In this document: positions 19,789 to 29,369 of the stretch, in pieces | Numbering within the stretch: the first letter of the stretch is position 1 | How the letters are laid out: the number at the start of each line of letters is the position of its first letter | DNA from: Candidatus Nanopelagicales bacterium | GTDB lineage: Bacteria; Actinomycetota; Actinomycetes; S36-B12; UBA5976 | Assembly: GCA_044341215.1 (NCBI GenBank) | Contig: JBIISC010000002.1 | Span: forward strand, 26,427 to 90,426 | Direction of reading: 5' to 3' | Length of the DNA: 64,000 nt | The notes under the pieces: model-generated | What the model was told of the DNA's origin: nothing | What the model saw: only the letters and a program-made list of their open reading frames with translations | The model's database searches: none | Position numbers and translations under genes: made by a program

Positions 19789-21147
19789 ATGAGTAAAGCC
19801 ATTGAGCGCGAGGAATTTCTCGATAAACATCAGAAAATCGATATTGAAATTGGCGTTAATGCAGTCATAGCCACCTGCGATTCTCGCTCTAATTCCCAAG
19901 GTCCGCTCGCTCGCGTGGCAGTCCTAATCAAAGACAACATCGAAGCCATTGGTTTGCCAGGTAGTGCCGGCAGCCTTGCGCTGATCGATTCCCCCGCCAA
20001 GCGAGATGCAGAGCTGGTGACAAATCTTCGAAATGCGGGCGCTGACATTGTTGGCTCAACAAACTTGTCTGAATGGGCAAATCTTCGTTCAACCAAATCA
20101 ATAAGTGGCTGGTCTGCTGTTGGCGGACTGACTAGAAATCCTTGGCACCTTGCCCACAACGTTGGTGGTTCAAGTTCAGGTTCTGGCGCTGCAGTTGGTG
20201 CTGGCATAGTCACACTTGCAATCGGTTCGGAAACCGATGGATCAATTGTTTGCCCAGCTTCACTAAACGGTGTGGTTGGTTTAAAACCAACTGTTGGTTC
20301 AGTTTCAACCCATGGCGTAATTCCAATCAGCTCAACCCAAGACACCCCTGGCCCAATTGCCGCAAACATTGAATGGGCGGCAAAAGGTTTTGATGCAATT
20401 AGTGGACAAAATACTTTTTCTAATCTCGAAAGCGCCCAAGCAATGGTTTCGAAGTTGCGAGTTGGAGTGGCTGAAAACTGGTTAACCGGCGACAGCGAAA
20501 CCGATGCCGTATTCGAACGTGCTATTGCGGTTGCAAACAAAATAGTTGCAAAAGTTTCCGGTTCAAACATTCCAGAACTTTCCGAGCAAGCCGGCGAAGA
20601 TGAATACACGGTCCTGTTAAATGAAATCAAAGACGAGATGGCTCAATATCTATCTGGGCGACCTGGCAACCATGCTGTGCGCACCCTTGAAGATATTGTT
20701 AATTTCAACTTAGACAATGCAAAAGTCGAAATGGAGTTCTTTGGCCAAGAACACTTCGACCATGCAATCAAAGCTCCAGGGAAAAAGAGTGTCGAATACC
20801 GAACAGCACGAGAACGCGGGCTTGATTGGGCTCGGAGAATTTGTTTCGAAAACGCATTAGAACAACACGACCTGTTTATTGCCCCGACCTATGGCCCGGC
20901 TTGGATTAGCGGATCTAGCGATCCAGACGACATTGCTGGCGGGAAAGTCACATCGCCGGCTGCAGTAGCTGGCTATCCGTTGCTGTGCTTGCCAATGGGA
21001 TTAGTAAATGGATTACCAGTTGGCTTAACTATCGCTGGCCCTGCAAATAGTGAAAGTACTTTGCTGGCCCTTGGCCTTTTGCTTGAACAAAACCTTGGTT
21101 GCAGATCCGAAGACGGATTTAAGCCAACATTTATTAAAGCTGATTAA
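19789..21147 (+). CDS. amidase-signature family amidase
   Basis: Gly/Ser-rich AS signature GGSSSGSGAAVGAG...GSETDGSI. 452 aa. Confidence 0.88.
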   Translation: MSKAIEREEFLDKHQKIDIEIGVNAVIATCDSRSNSQGPLARVAVLIKDNIEAIGLPGSAGSLALIDSPAKRDAELVTNLRNAGADIVGSTNLSEWANLRSTKSISGWSAVGGLTRNPWHLAHNVGGSSSGSGAAVGAGIVTLAIGSETDGSIVCPASLNGVVGLKPTVGSVSTHGVIPISSTQDTPGPIAANIEWAAKGFDAISGQNTFSNLESAQAMVSKLRVGVAENWLTGDSETDAVFERAIAVANKIVAKVSGSNIPELSEQAGEDEYTVLLNEIKDEMAQYLSGRPGNHAVRTLEDIVNFNLDNAKVEMEFFGQEHFDHAIKAPGKKSVEYRTARERGLDWARRICFENALEQHDLFIAPTYGPAWISGSSDPDDIAGGKVTSPAAVAGYPLLCLPMGLVNGLPVGLTIAGPANSESTLLALGLLLEQNLGCRSEDGFKPTFIKAD

Positions 21148-23330
21148 TCCTTCAAGCCAAAGCGATCGTGCAAAACCCGAAGTGGTTTTGGGGCCCACCA
21201 GTTCCAGTCGCCGGCGATACGCATCAATGCTGGCACTAAGAGTCCACGCACAACTGTTGCATCTAACAAGATTGCAAACGCGATACCAAAGCCAAGTAGT
21301 TTCATGTTGGTAACTGAAGCAGTTACGAAAGCACCGAAGACAACTGCTAGCAAGACTGCGGCCGCGGTAATGATTCGACCAGAACGTTGCAAGCCAAGTG
21401 CCACCGCGTCTTCAGTGTTACTTCCATGATCGTGCTCTTCCTTGATTCGGGAAAGTAAGAAGAGCTCGTAGTCCATTGACAAGCCAAATGTCACAATTGC
21501 AATCAAGACCATGCTTGATGTGTCCATTGTGTTTGTGACGGTGTATTCGCCAGTTAGGAATTGCAGATTTCCATTTTGGAACATCCAAGTTAGTAAGCCC
21601 ATTGTGGCTCCAAGGCTTAAAACGTTTAGCACAACCGCTTTAATCGGCAGCAGAACGCTGCCGGTGAATAGGAACAAAATCATGAACGTGGCTATTGCAA
21701 TCCAAAGCAAAACTTTTGGCAATTGGGCGGCAATACCATTTTGGGAGTCAGCAAAGTCGGCTGCTGCGCCGCCAACAATGGCCTGCGAATCAATTGCTCG
21801 AATTTGCGCAACTTGCTCCATCGTTTCAGTGGCCCGCGGTGAAATAGTGCTAATTGCTCGAATTCGAACATAGTTGTCGGTTTCCATTTTGGAAGTTGGC
21901 CAACCAAATTCAGGGCCGAGTGGCGTGAAAATACCGTTGGCAAATACACCGGCTTGGGTTTCAACTCTTGTTATGTCTGAACGCTTTGAAAGCGTGGTTG
22001 CAAAGTCGGTTACTTCCAAATCAGGGACACTTTGTTCAAACAGGATTTCAAATGGTGTTGATTCTTTAGAAGTGAAATTGTCACGTAATACTTTTGAGGC
22101 AATCGCTGCTGGATGATCCTTGGCCAAAACGCGGTCATCTACTTGGCTAAAAACTGCAGTTTGCAAAGGAAGCATCATTGAAATCAGCATTGCCAAAGTA
22201 GCTGTGAGAGTGATCCATGGGTGACGCATTACAAAGCGAGCAACTCTTGACCAGACACCTTCATCGCTTGGCGCTAAAGAACCACGGCGAACTCGGTATT
22301 TATCAATTTTGCTACCAAGTACTCGAAGTGCAGCTGGAAGTATTACCAAAGCGCCCACGATTGCTGATAAACAAACTAATACACCTGCGTATGCAAATGA
22401 TTTCAAGAATTCTTGTGGGAATAGGACCAACGAACCCAAAGTGATTGCAACTGTGAATCCTGAATAAAGGACTGTTCGCCCAGCAGTGTGAACCGTGTTC
22501 TTTACAGCAGTCTCAACATCTCGGCCAAGCTTGAGTTCTTCTCGAAAGCGATTAACTACCAATAATGAGTAGTCGATACCGAGACCAAGGCCAAGGCCGG
22601 TAATCAGGTTAAGTGAGAAAACACTTACCTCGGTGAATTGTGCAACTGCCCAAATACCAAAGATTGCTCCTAGGATTGAAGTTACGCCAACAATAAGCGG
22701 CATGCCAGCTGCAACTACAGTTCCAAAAATAAACATCAGAAGAATCATGGTTAAAGGAATGCTCACCATTTCAGCAAACTTTATGTCTTCTGTGATTTGT
22801 CCATTGATTCCGTTGAGGATTGCGCCCGTTCCACCAATGTAAATATTCGCACCGTTTAGTTTGGATGGCAAAAGTGCGTCAATTTCTCGAGAAAGTTCAT
22901 TTCGACTGTCAAGAGATTCGCCACTCAAATAGATCATGACAAGTCCAAGACTTGCATCCTTACTTTTAAGCTGAGAATTTAGTTGAGACTGAGGAGCAGT
23001 CCAGTAAGCATTTACAGCACTTACTCCATCAACTGATTGAACTTTTTCTAATAAAAGATTGTATGTGTCGAGAGTTTCTGGTTTATCTACAAAACCTTCG
23101 ACTCCAGGGTTTCCAAGAACTAAAGTCAGATAAGGCTCTTCAACTTTAAAGTCATCGGCAATTGCCTGCCAGACCTTTGCGCTATCGCTAGCTTGATCAC
23201 TGTAACCACCACCCGAAAGGGTTGGAATAACTGAGGTACCAAAAACACCTGCAACTATGAAAATAAGTGAAGTTGTTACGAGGACAATTTTTGGATGGTG
23301 CACAGTTGCCTGGGCAATCTTGCGAAACAT
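21144..23330 (-). CDS. MMPL/RND-superfamily membrane transporter
   Basis: 728 aa. Two 6-TM bundles, each preceded by a periplasmic loop. GLGIDYSLL and SMDYELFLLSRI motifs. Confidence 0.88.
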   Translation of the reverse strand: MFRKIAQATVHHPKIVLVTTSLIFIVAGVFGTSVIPTLSGGGYSDQASDSAKVWQAIADDFKVEEPYLTLVLGNPGVEGFVDKPETLDTYNLLLEKVQSVDGVSAVNAYWTAPQSQLNSQLKSKDASLGLVMIYLSGESLDSRNELSREIDALLPSKLNGANIYIGGTGAILNGINGQITEDIKFAEMVSIPLTMILLMFIFGTVVAAGMPLIVGVTSILGAIFGIWAVAQFTEVSVFSLNLITGLGLGLGIDYSLLVVNRFREELKLGRDVETAVKNTVHTAGRTVLYSGFTVAITLGSLVLFPQEFLKSFAYAGVLVCLSAIVGALVILPAALRVLGSKIDKYRVRRGSLAPSDEGVWSRVARFVMRHPWITLTATLAMLISMMLPLQTAVFSQVDDRVLAKDHPAAIASKVLRDNFTSKESTPFEILFEQSVPDLEVTDFATTLSKRSDITRVETQAGVFANGIFTPLGPEFGWPTSKMETDNYVRIRAISTISPRATETMEQVAQIRAIDSQAIVGGAAADFADSQNGIAAQLPKVLLWIAIATFMILFLFTGSVLLPIKAVVLNVLSLGATMGLLTWMFQNGNLQFLTGEYTVTNTMDTSSMVLIAIVTFGLSMDYELFLLSRIKEEHDHGSNTEDAVALGLQRSGRIITAAAVLLAVVFGAFVTASVTNMKLLGFGIAFAILLDATVVRGLLVPALMRIAGDWNWWAPKPLRVLHDRFGLKD

Positions 23331-23337
23331 TTTTCCC

Positions 23338-24069
23338 TTAATCTTTAGGTCGTAGATTTGCTCTGGTTAAATCAAATTGTTCATCAAAGCCAATTGCTTT
23401 GTACATGGCCAATGCTCCCCGATTTGTTGTGCGCACGCCAAGATTTACGCTCTGCGCCCCACGTGCAAAAAGCTCTTGTGCAGTAGAGAGTGTGACCAAA
23501 CTCCCAATTCCCTGTCTTCGGGCAGATTCAGCAACAACTACTGAAGAAACCACATATGCGCCGGTCTGCCATTGCACACCAGCTGCAGCACCAACTATTT
23601 CATGTTGTGGATTTCTTGCCACCATCCAAAACAGAATTTCATTGTTGCCCGGCCAAGTTGAAAGATCTGGTGCATTTAGTTGGAGCAATCTTTGGATTTC
23701 AGAGTTGCAACTGTCATCGGTAATCAAGCTGACATTTGGTGCCACACGTTTTGGTGGGAAGGGATTAGTCCGTCGCATCCACGTGACGTCCCTCGAATCT
23801 TGAAAATTGAGTTGGCTTGCAATCTCTACTGGCATAGAAACCTGCGTGACAACAAAGCCAAGAGTTGCTGCTTCAGTTAATACTTTTGCATACTCCAAAA
23901 CCGGAACTTGGCCGGCAATCGATAGCCACAGATTTTCACCTGTATCAGCAAGGCAAAAAATGGCATTTTCTGATTTCCAACCTTTGAGAAAAATATGGGG
24001 CATCACCATTACTTCTTGATGCCAGTGGGCATGGGGTTTGAAATCTTCCCAAGTATCGAAGCGTTGCAT
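23338..24069 (-). CDS. GNAT family N-acetyltransferase with N-terminal extra domain
   Basis: C-terminal motif A RRQGIGSLV...ALAMYKAIGF. Start placed at ATG 24069, 2 nt after the lysE-like stop. The ORF-track TTG at 24078 is less likely. Confidence 0.75.
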   Translation of the reverse strand: MQRFDTWEDFKPHAHWHQEVMVMPHIFLKGWKSENAIFCLADTGENLWLSIAGQVPVLEYAKVLTEAATLGFVVTQVSMPVEIASQLNFQDSRDVTWMRRTNPFPPKRVAPNVSLITDDSCNSEIQRLLQLNAPDLSTWPGNNEILFWMVARNPQHEIVGAAAGVQWQTGAYVVSSVVVAESARRQGIGSLVTLSTAQELFARGAQSVNLGVRTTNRGALAMYKAIGFDEQFDLTRANLRPKD

Positions 24070-24071
24070 AA

Positions 24072-24716
24072 TCACCAAGGTCTAGGAGCGGTAAGGACAG
24101 TGGCCAATCCAAGCATCATCATTACTACTCCGCCAGCCGAGCGCATTTTTACTAGGCGATTTGGCGAAGATGCAAACCAATCTCGAGCAGTGCCAGCAAG
24201 TAATCCATACAAGCTGTCAAAAGTGAATCCAAAAACACAAAAGACAGCGCCAAGTGCAAATAGTTGTGATGTGATGGATGCGTATGTCGAGTCAACAAAA
24301 TGCGGTAGTACTGCAGCAAAGAACACGATAACTTTCGGATTCAATATTCCAACTACAAATCCTTGTTGAACAGTCTTGAGTTTGGTTGGCGCATCACCTT
24401 GAACCGCAACAATTGATTCAGCGGTTGCTATTCGATGACGTATGGCATCGAGACCTAGCCAAATAATGTAAGCGCCGCCAACGATTTGAATCAATGAATA
24501 GAGCAAATCAGAATTTTGCAATATTGGCCCAAGTCCTAGTGCCACTCCAATGCTTAGAACAAAGACACCCAACGTATTTCCTAGAACCGTTAGGACCGCA
24601 ATAGTTCTACCCCATGAAATTGCCCGGGCAATTGTGAAAAGCACGCTAGGCCCTGGAATCAAGATAATTGCCATTGCCGAGATTATGTACGGCAACACAT
24701 GCTGCGGGGCAATCAT
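24072..24716 (-). CDS. LysE family amino-acid exporter
   Basis: N-terminal IPGPSVLFTI motif and 5-6 TM helices. Start moved to ATG 24716, behind GGGAGAAG. Confidence 0.82.
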   Translation of the reverse strand: MIAPQHVLPYIISAMAIILIPGPSVLFTIARAISWGRTIAVLTVLGNTLGVFVLSIGVALGLGPILQNSDLLYSLIQIVGGAYIIWLGLDAIRHRIATAESIVAVQGDAPTKLKTVQQGFVVGILNPKVIVFFAAVLPHFVDSTYASITSQLFALGAVFCVFGFTFDSLYGLLAGTARDWFASSPNRLVKMRSAGGVVMMMLGLATVLTAPRPW

Positions 24717-24964
24717 CAACTTCTCCCTGGGCTCATCTTTAAAGGAACACCTTGCAAAAACTCCTTGCAGGGACACCTATAAAGACATTTGGAAATAGAT
24801 TCCAAGTTTAATCCAAAGAGGCATAAACCATTTCAAGTATTCCAATAATTTGCTTTTCGAAGAATTTGACTCGAAACACTTACTGAGATTTGCCAAACTT
24901 CAATTAATCTCATGTGAACTCACACTCCCCTAGATAAAAAACGCAAACCGCTTAGGGTTTGACC

Positions 24965-25231
24965 ATGGCGATTTTGATTGACTATCCCTATTGGCCAAGG
25001 TGGGACCGAATGTGGTGCCACCTGGTAAGTGATGAGTCGTTGGAAGAATTACATGAGTTTGCCCGTGAATTAGGAATACCAGAACGAGGATTCGGTGGCG
25101 ATCACTACGACGTGCCAGCTGAGCATCGCGATCGAGCTATCGCACTTGGTGCCATCGAAACAGATTCACGAGAAATTGTGCGCCGATTAATTGCTGCTGG
25201 ATTGCGCAAGCGCATCCACCATCAGCCATAA
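24965..25231 (+). CDS. DUF4031 domain protein
   Basis: ILIDYPYWPRWDRMWCHLVSD...LHEFARELGI matches my recollection of DUF4031. ATG 24965 is preferred because TAGGGT lies exactly 6 nt upstream. Confidence 0.75.
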   Translation: MAILIDYPYWPRWDRMWCHLVSDESLEELHEFARELGIPERGFGGDHYDVPAEHRDRAIALGAIETDSREIVRRLIAAGLRKRIHHQP

Positions 25232-25240
25232 TTGTTTTTG

Positions 25241-25276
25241 ACTATTCTCTTCAATTTTTATAACTATTCGCTTCAA
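25241..25276. repeat. 14-nt direct repeat ACTATTC(T/G)CTTCAA x2, separated by 8 nt
   Basis: Read directly in the convergent spacer between the DUF4031 and DUF3817 genes. Confidence 0.75.
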
Positions 25277-25303
25277 AAATTTAGTGAAGAGTTGCGTCAG
25301 CCG

Positions 25304-25624
25304 TTACTTGTATCGGTTAGAAATTTTCTTTTCCACAATAAATGTGTAAACCGGAATTGTGCCCGCCAAAATATTCAAGAAAAGTTCTTTGTAGCTCCAC
25401 TTAGCTTTTAGGCCAAGATCGATAGTGACAAGTGTGTAGACCATGAAGATCCAACCATGTGCCATCCAACCGTATGAAATCCACGCATCTTGGTGTCCAA
25501 GAATGTATTTAAATGGCAAACCAATAAAGGCCATGGTTGCAAGTACGGTTCCGGTAAAGAGTGCCATAAAGCGGTAACGGGAAGCTGCTACTTGTAGTTC
25601 ACGTAATTTGAATGCGTCATTCAT
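25304..25624 (-). CDS. DUF3817 integral membrane protein
   Basis: 106 aa, 3-4 TM helices, W-rich GWMAHGWIF. AGGAGA SD. Confidence 0.75.
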   Translation of the reverse strand: MNDAFKLRELQVAASRYRFMALFTGTVLATMAFIGLPFKYILGHQDAWISYGWMAHGWIFMVYTLVTIDLGLKAKWSYKELFLNILAGTIPVYTFIVEKKISNRYK

Positions 25625-25647
25625 CGAATCTCCTAATCTGGCGAATT

Positions 25648-26313
25648 CTATTCTGTAGCGTTTGCAATAAGTTCATCCCGCACGAACCGGATGAATAGAA
25701 AAATAGTGAATGCGGCAAAAAGCCACCACTGCCAGGCATAGAAGAGATTTCTAATGTCTATTCCAACGGGTGGCAAAACAATCAATTCTTGACGCACATC
25801 ACGGGTAATCAGAACATAACCGTCGCGAACATCCGACTGCCAACGCAATACTAGATCGTCGGTATTGATGGCAGAAGTAGCTGGAGTTGGTTTGTAAATA
25901 GCCGGTAATTGCGCGAAGTCTTGCGCTGGCTGAATTCTTCCAATCCAGGAGGTTTTAGCAGATTGAGATTCGCAGAAGTCTGTATTACTAGCTAAAGCAA
26001 CCAGGGTGTTATCTGCTAATTTGATGGCTACAACATTCCAGTCAATTTCTTGTACTGGAATTACATTCCTAAAAGTCTTGTCACAAAGTAATTCGCCATC
26101 TACTTGTACCTTTTGGCCATAATATTTTTCAGGTACATACTCGCCAAGTTTGGATGCTTCATCCAAACTAATGGTTTTCGCTTTTAGAGTTTGAGCTTCA
26201 ACATCTGCCCGATACGCTCGACTGTATTGCCACACTCCAAGTGCACCGGTTATAACCAGAGCAAATAAAGCCAACAAAGTGGCGATGAATATTCGCATAG
26301 AAGTGCGAGACAT
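25648..26313 (-). CDS. SURF1-like cytochrome oxidase assembly protein
   Basis: N-terminal TM followed by LGVWQYSRA (the SURF1 G-x-WQ-x-x-R motif), plus a C-terminal TM. 221 aa. Confidence 0.82.
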   Translation of the reverse strand: MSRTSMRIFIATLLALFALVITGALGVWQYSRAYRADVEAQTLKAKTISLDEASKLGEYVPEKYYGQKVQVDGELLCDKTFRNVIPVQEIDWNVVAIKLADNTLVALASNTDFCESQSAKTSWIGRIQPAQDFAQLPAIYKPTPATSAINTDDLVLRWQSDVRDGYVLITRDVRQELIVLPPVGIDIRNLFYAWQWWLFAAFTIFLFIRFVRDELIANATE

Positions 26314-26317
26314 AAAC

Positions 26318-26488
26318 TTATTCTTTATCTTCGAAATTCTTATCGAGATTTTTCAATCGCTTATTTAGATTACGCCATAACAAAAAAACTGCAGTTGCCA
26401 TGCCGAAAAAGAAGACGCCTCCGAGCCAACCAGCAGTGAAATTGTCGATTGGAACATCTGATACATCGGCCACAATACCTAGAAACAT
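26318..26488 (-). CDS. unlisted small membrane protein (56 aa), translationally adjacent to SURF1
   Basis: My own translation: MFLGIVADVSDVPIDNFTAGWLGGVFFFGMATAVFLLWRNLNKRLKNLDKNFEDKE. GGAG lies 5 nt upstream of the ATG, and the stop lies 4 nt before the SURF1 ATG. Below the 60-aa cutoff of the ORF track. Confidence 0.55.
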   Translation of the reverse strand: MFLGIVADVSDVPIDNFTAGWLGGVFFFGMATAVFLLWRNLNKRLKNLDKNFEDKE

Positions 26489-26582
26489 TTTGACTCCAAT
26501 TCTGCGTTATAAGGCAATTTTGCTCCTTGTTCAGTGCCTTCGCTCAGTTAGGGGTAAATTTCACCCAGAGTTGGAGGTAGAA

Positions 26583-27071
26583 ATGGCTGTATCACGTGCC
26601 ACGGTGCCAATTGAGCTTTATGAACGTTATGGTCTAAAGACACGCAATTCTCTGTTACTCACTGCAGTGTGGGGTGCAGCCTTTTTGATAGTTGGCTACT
26701 TATTTCTGCAAATCATTCACGGACAACAAAGCAATGTTGAGACTCGTCTGATTTCGTGGGAAGTTTCCTCCCCAACGACTGTTGAAATTACTTGGAATGT
26801 CTCTCAATCGAGCAATCAGCCACTTGTTTGCATTATTAGAGCGCAAGATTCAGAGCGGTTTGATGTTGGATTCGCGATCTTCCAGATTTCTAATCCTGCC
26901 AAGGTTTCACAATTCACTCAAACACTGCAAACGAACAAGAGTGCATACGCAGTTATTAATCCCACCTGTGAGCAGAATATCTCTGCCTTGAATGGCCCGC
27001 ATTTCCGCCCAGGATTGCTTCCACCCGCACAGAAGGTACCTTTATTTGCTCCCTGGCAATGGAACTCCTAA
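26583..27071 (+). CDS. DUF4307-like membrane-anchored protein
   Basis: ATG 26583 follows GGAGG. One N-terminal TM then a beta-rich domain. The position upstream of greA matches the Rv1081c/greA neighbourhood recalled from M. tuberculosis. The ORF-track start at 26400 overlaps the small minus-strand ORF. Confidence 0.65.
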   Translation: MAVSRATVPIELYERYGLKTRNSLLLTAVWGAAFLIVGYLFLQIIHGQQSNVETRLISWEVSSPTTVEITWNVSQSSNQPLVCIIRAQDSERFDVGFAIFQISNPAKVSQFTQTLQTNKSAYAVINPTCEQNISALNGPHFRPGLLPPAQKVPLFAPWQWNS

Positions 27072-27113
27072 GAGTTGTTACCTTTACCCCATTAATTTCG
27101 CGTAGGAGTTACC

Positions 27114-27593
27114 ATGACTGAACAAACAACTTGGCTCACCCAAGCCGCCTTTGATCGTCTGCAAAATGAACTTGAAGAACGTAAAGGTCCAGTGCGAGAT
27201 GAAATCACCACGCGCATCAGTGCCGCACGTGAAGAAGGCGACCTTAAAGAAAATGGTGGATACCACGCAGCGCGGGATGAACAAGGTAAAAATGAAGGAC
27301 GAATTGCACACCTTGAACATCTACTAGAGCACGCAATGGTTGGTACACCTAAAGTTCCAGACGGCGAAGTTCATGTGGGTCGCCTTGTGACAATCGAGTT
27401 TGCCCCTGAAGATACCGAGACCTACTTGATTGGTTCAGCCGAAGAAGCAAGTCATTCAGAGCACAATGTTTTAAGCCCTGACTCACCGCTTGGCCAATCC
27501 ATTATTGGAAAACGAATTGGCGATGAAATTAGTTATGAATTGCCAAATGGTCGCATCGCAAATGTAGTTTTGGTAGACGTCAAAAACCAGTAA
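27114..27593 (+). CDS. greA: transcription elongation factor GreA
   Basis: WLTQAAFDRLQNELE, ENGGYHAARDEQ, C-terminal SP.SPLGQSIIGKRIGD. AGGAG SD. Confidence 0.96.
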   Translation: MTEQTTWLTQAAFDRLQNELEERKGPVRDEITTRISAAREEGDLKENGGYHAARDEQGKNEGRIAHLEHLLEHAMVGTPKVPDGEVHVGRLVTIEFAPEDTETYLIGSAEEASHSEHNVLSPDSPLGQSIIGKRIGDEISYELPNGRIANVVLVDVKNQ

Positions 27594-28852
27594 TGAACAA
27601 TCCACTTCAAATACTTCGAAACCGCGTTCCACTTCTTCGCGAATTACCAATTGAAGTAACTGCCGTAAGCATGGTCGCATTTTGTGTGGCTTTAGGTTTC
27701 GGAATTGTTGCGCCAGTTATTCCCGCATTTGCCCGTGAGTTTGGAGTCAGCGCTTTAGCCGCAAGTTCAGTGGTTTCAGTTTTTGCTGGTATGCGCCTCG
27801 CTGGAGCACCAATTGCTGGCAAGTTCGTGGACCTAATTGGCGAACGCCGAACCCTTTCATTTGGATTGGCAATTGTCGCAATCAGCTCTTTTGCCGCTGG
27901 CCTATCGCAAAACTTTTGGCAATTGCTGGTTCTGCGTGGCCTTGGCGGGCTTGGCAGTGTGGCATTTTCAATCGCATCAATGGCAGTAATTATTCGAGTT
28001 GTAGATCCAGGACTTCGCGGAAGAGCTTCAAGCGCTTGGTCGGGTGGCTTTCTTCTTGGCGGACTTGCCGGGCCGGCAGTTGGTGGCATCTTTGCTGCAA
28101 TTTCATTGCGAGCGCCATTTTTTGTTTACGCAATCACCCTAGTTTTTGCGAGTTTGGTTTCATGGTTTAGTTTGCGAAATGCACATCTAACCGAAAGTGT
28201 TGCAACTTCTGATGAAGTTGGATCTTGGAAAGATGTGTGGAAAGCGCGCAAAAATCGCGCATACGCGGCAGCCGTTGGTGTGAACTTTACAAATGGGTTT
28301 GTTCGAATGGGAATATTGAATGCAATTGCACCACTTTTCGTAGTGGAAGCCTTAGGTAGCGAGATAAGTCTTGCCAGCACTGGATTTCTATTTGGCGCTA
28401 TTGGCCAATTTATTTTTATATCCCGAGCTGGGCATTGGGCAGATTCAATCGGCCGTAAACCAGTGCTGATTGCCGGCACTCTTTTGTCTGGGCTCGGCAT
28501 GATCACAATGGGCGGAATAGAGAACATTTCTGCATACTTCATTTCGATGTTTGTATTAGGTGTAGCTGGGGCATTTCTTTCTTCGGCAACACCAGCAGTT
28601 TTAGGTGATGCAACCTCAGGACAGCCACGCGGTCCAATTATTTCTGCTTATCAAATGTCTTCTGACTTAGGTGGCATCTTCGGGCCAGTCTTTGGCGGTT
28701 GGCTGTTGGATTATGCATCGCGAAATTACGGTGAGCAATATGCGTTTGAGGTGCCATTTGTGATTGGTGGAATCATTGCAGCCAGTGCAGTGATTTTGGT
28801 TCTGCGTATGAAAGAAACATTGATTAAAGTTCCGCCAACAAAGGAAGCGTGA
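27593..28852 (+). CDS. MFS transporter
   Basis: 12 TM helices. Loop 2-3 motif GKFVDLIGERR. TAATG coupling to greA. Confidence 0.85.
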   Translation: MNNPLQILRNRVPLLRELPIEVTAVSMVAFCVALGFGIVAPVIPAFAREFGVSALAASSVVSVFAGMRLAGAPIAGKFVDLIGERRTLSFGLAIVAISSFAAGLSQNFWQLLVLRGLGGLGSVAFSIASMAVIIRVVDPGLRGRASSAWSGGFLLGGLAGPAVGGIFAAISLRAPFFVYAITLVFASLVSWFSLRNAHLTESVATSDEVGSWKDVWKARKNRAYAAAVGVNFTNGFVRMGILNAIAPLFVVEALGSEISLASTGFLFGAIGQFIFISRAGHWADSIGRKPVLIAGTLLSGLGMITMGGIENISAYFISMFVLGVAGAFLSSATPAVLGDATSGQPRGPIISAYQMSSDLGGIFGPVFGGWLLDYASRNYGEQYAFEVPFVIGGIIAASAVILVLRMKETLIKVPPTKEA

Positions 28853-29367
28853 TGGCAAAAACTATTTACCTTGGAATGGGATGTTTCTGGGGAGCGGAAA
28901 AGAAATTCTGGTCACTACCAGGTGTAGTTGAAACCTCAGTTGGTTACCAAGGCGGGCATACGTCCGAACCTACTTACAAAGTGGTGTGTGCTGGCGGAAC
29001 TGATCACGTAGAAATTGTGAAAGTCGTTTACGATGAAAACATAATCTCAACTCGGGAAATCCTGGGTGTATTTTGGGAAAACCATGATCCGACTCAAGGA
29101 AACCGTCAAGGTGGCGATGTTGGCACGCAATACAGAAGTGCATTGCTTTGGACAGACGATGAGCAAGCAGCAGAATGTGAAAAAACTGCAAAACAATTTG
29201 GTCAAATTCTTACCCTCAACGGAATCGGTTCAATCACAACTCAGATTGAATCTGCGTCAAACCATAAGTACTGGCTGGCTGAGGATTATCACCAGAAATA
29301 TTTAATTAAGAATCCAAATGGCTACGACTGCCATGCCCATACTGGATATTTCTTACCGAAAGAATAA
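28849..29367 (+). CDS. msrA: peptide-methionine (S)-S-oxide reductase
   Basis: GMGCFWGAEK catalytic motif, GYQGGHT, HDPTQGNRQG. Confidence 0.96.
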   Translation: MMAKTIYLGMGCFWGAEKKFWSLPGVVETSVGYQGGHTSEPTYKVVCAGGTDHVEIVKVVYDENIISTREILGVFWENHDPTQGNRQGGDVGTQYRSALLWTDDEQAAECEKTAKQFGQILTLNGIGSITTQIESASNHKYWLAEDYHQKYLIKNPNGYDCHAHTGYFLPKE

Positions 29368-29369
29368 TT

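Noticed and set aside
19830-20630. A 266-aa ORF antisense to the amidase gene. Similar long antisense ORFs occur at 14909-15511 and 15049-15582 (opposite sucD), 27607-28089 (opposite the MFS gene), 15931-16215, 23399-23803 and 30055-30573.
   Set aside because: Each lies fully inside a strongly supported gene on the other strand. Their sequences are low-complexity and Pro/Ser/Thr/Ala-rich, as expected for the mirror frame of biased codons. None has an SD or a recognisable motif.
26400-26582. The 61-codon 5' extension of the DUF4307-like ORF (MPKKKTPPSQ...).
   Set aside because: It has no SD. It overlaps the better-supported minus-strand 56-aa membrane ORF, and GGAGG precedes the internal ATG 26583.
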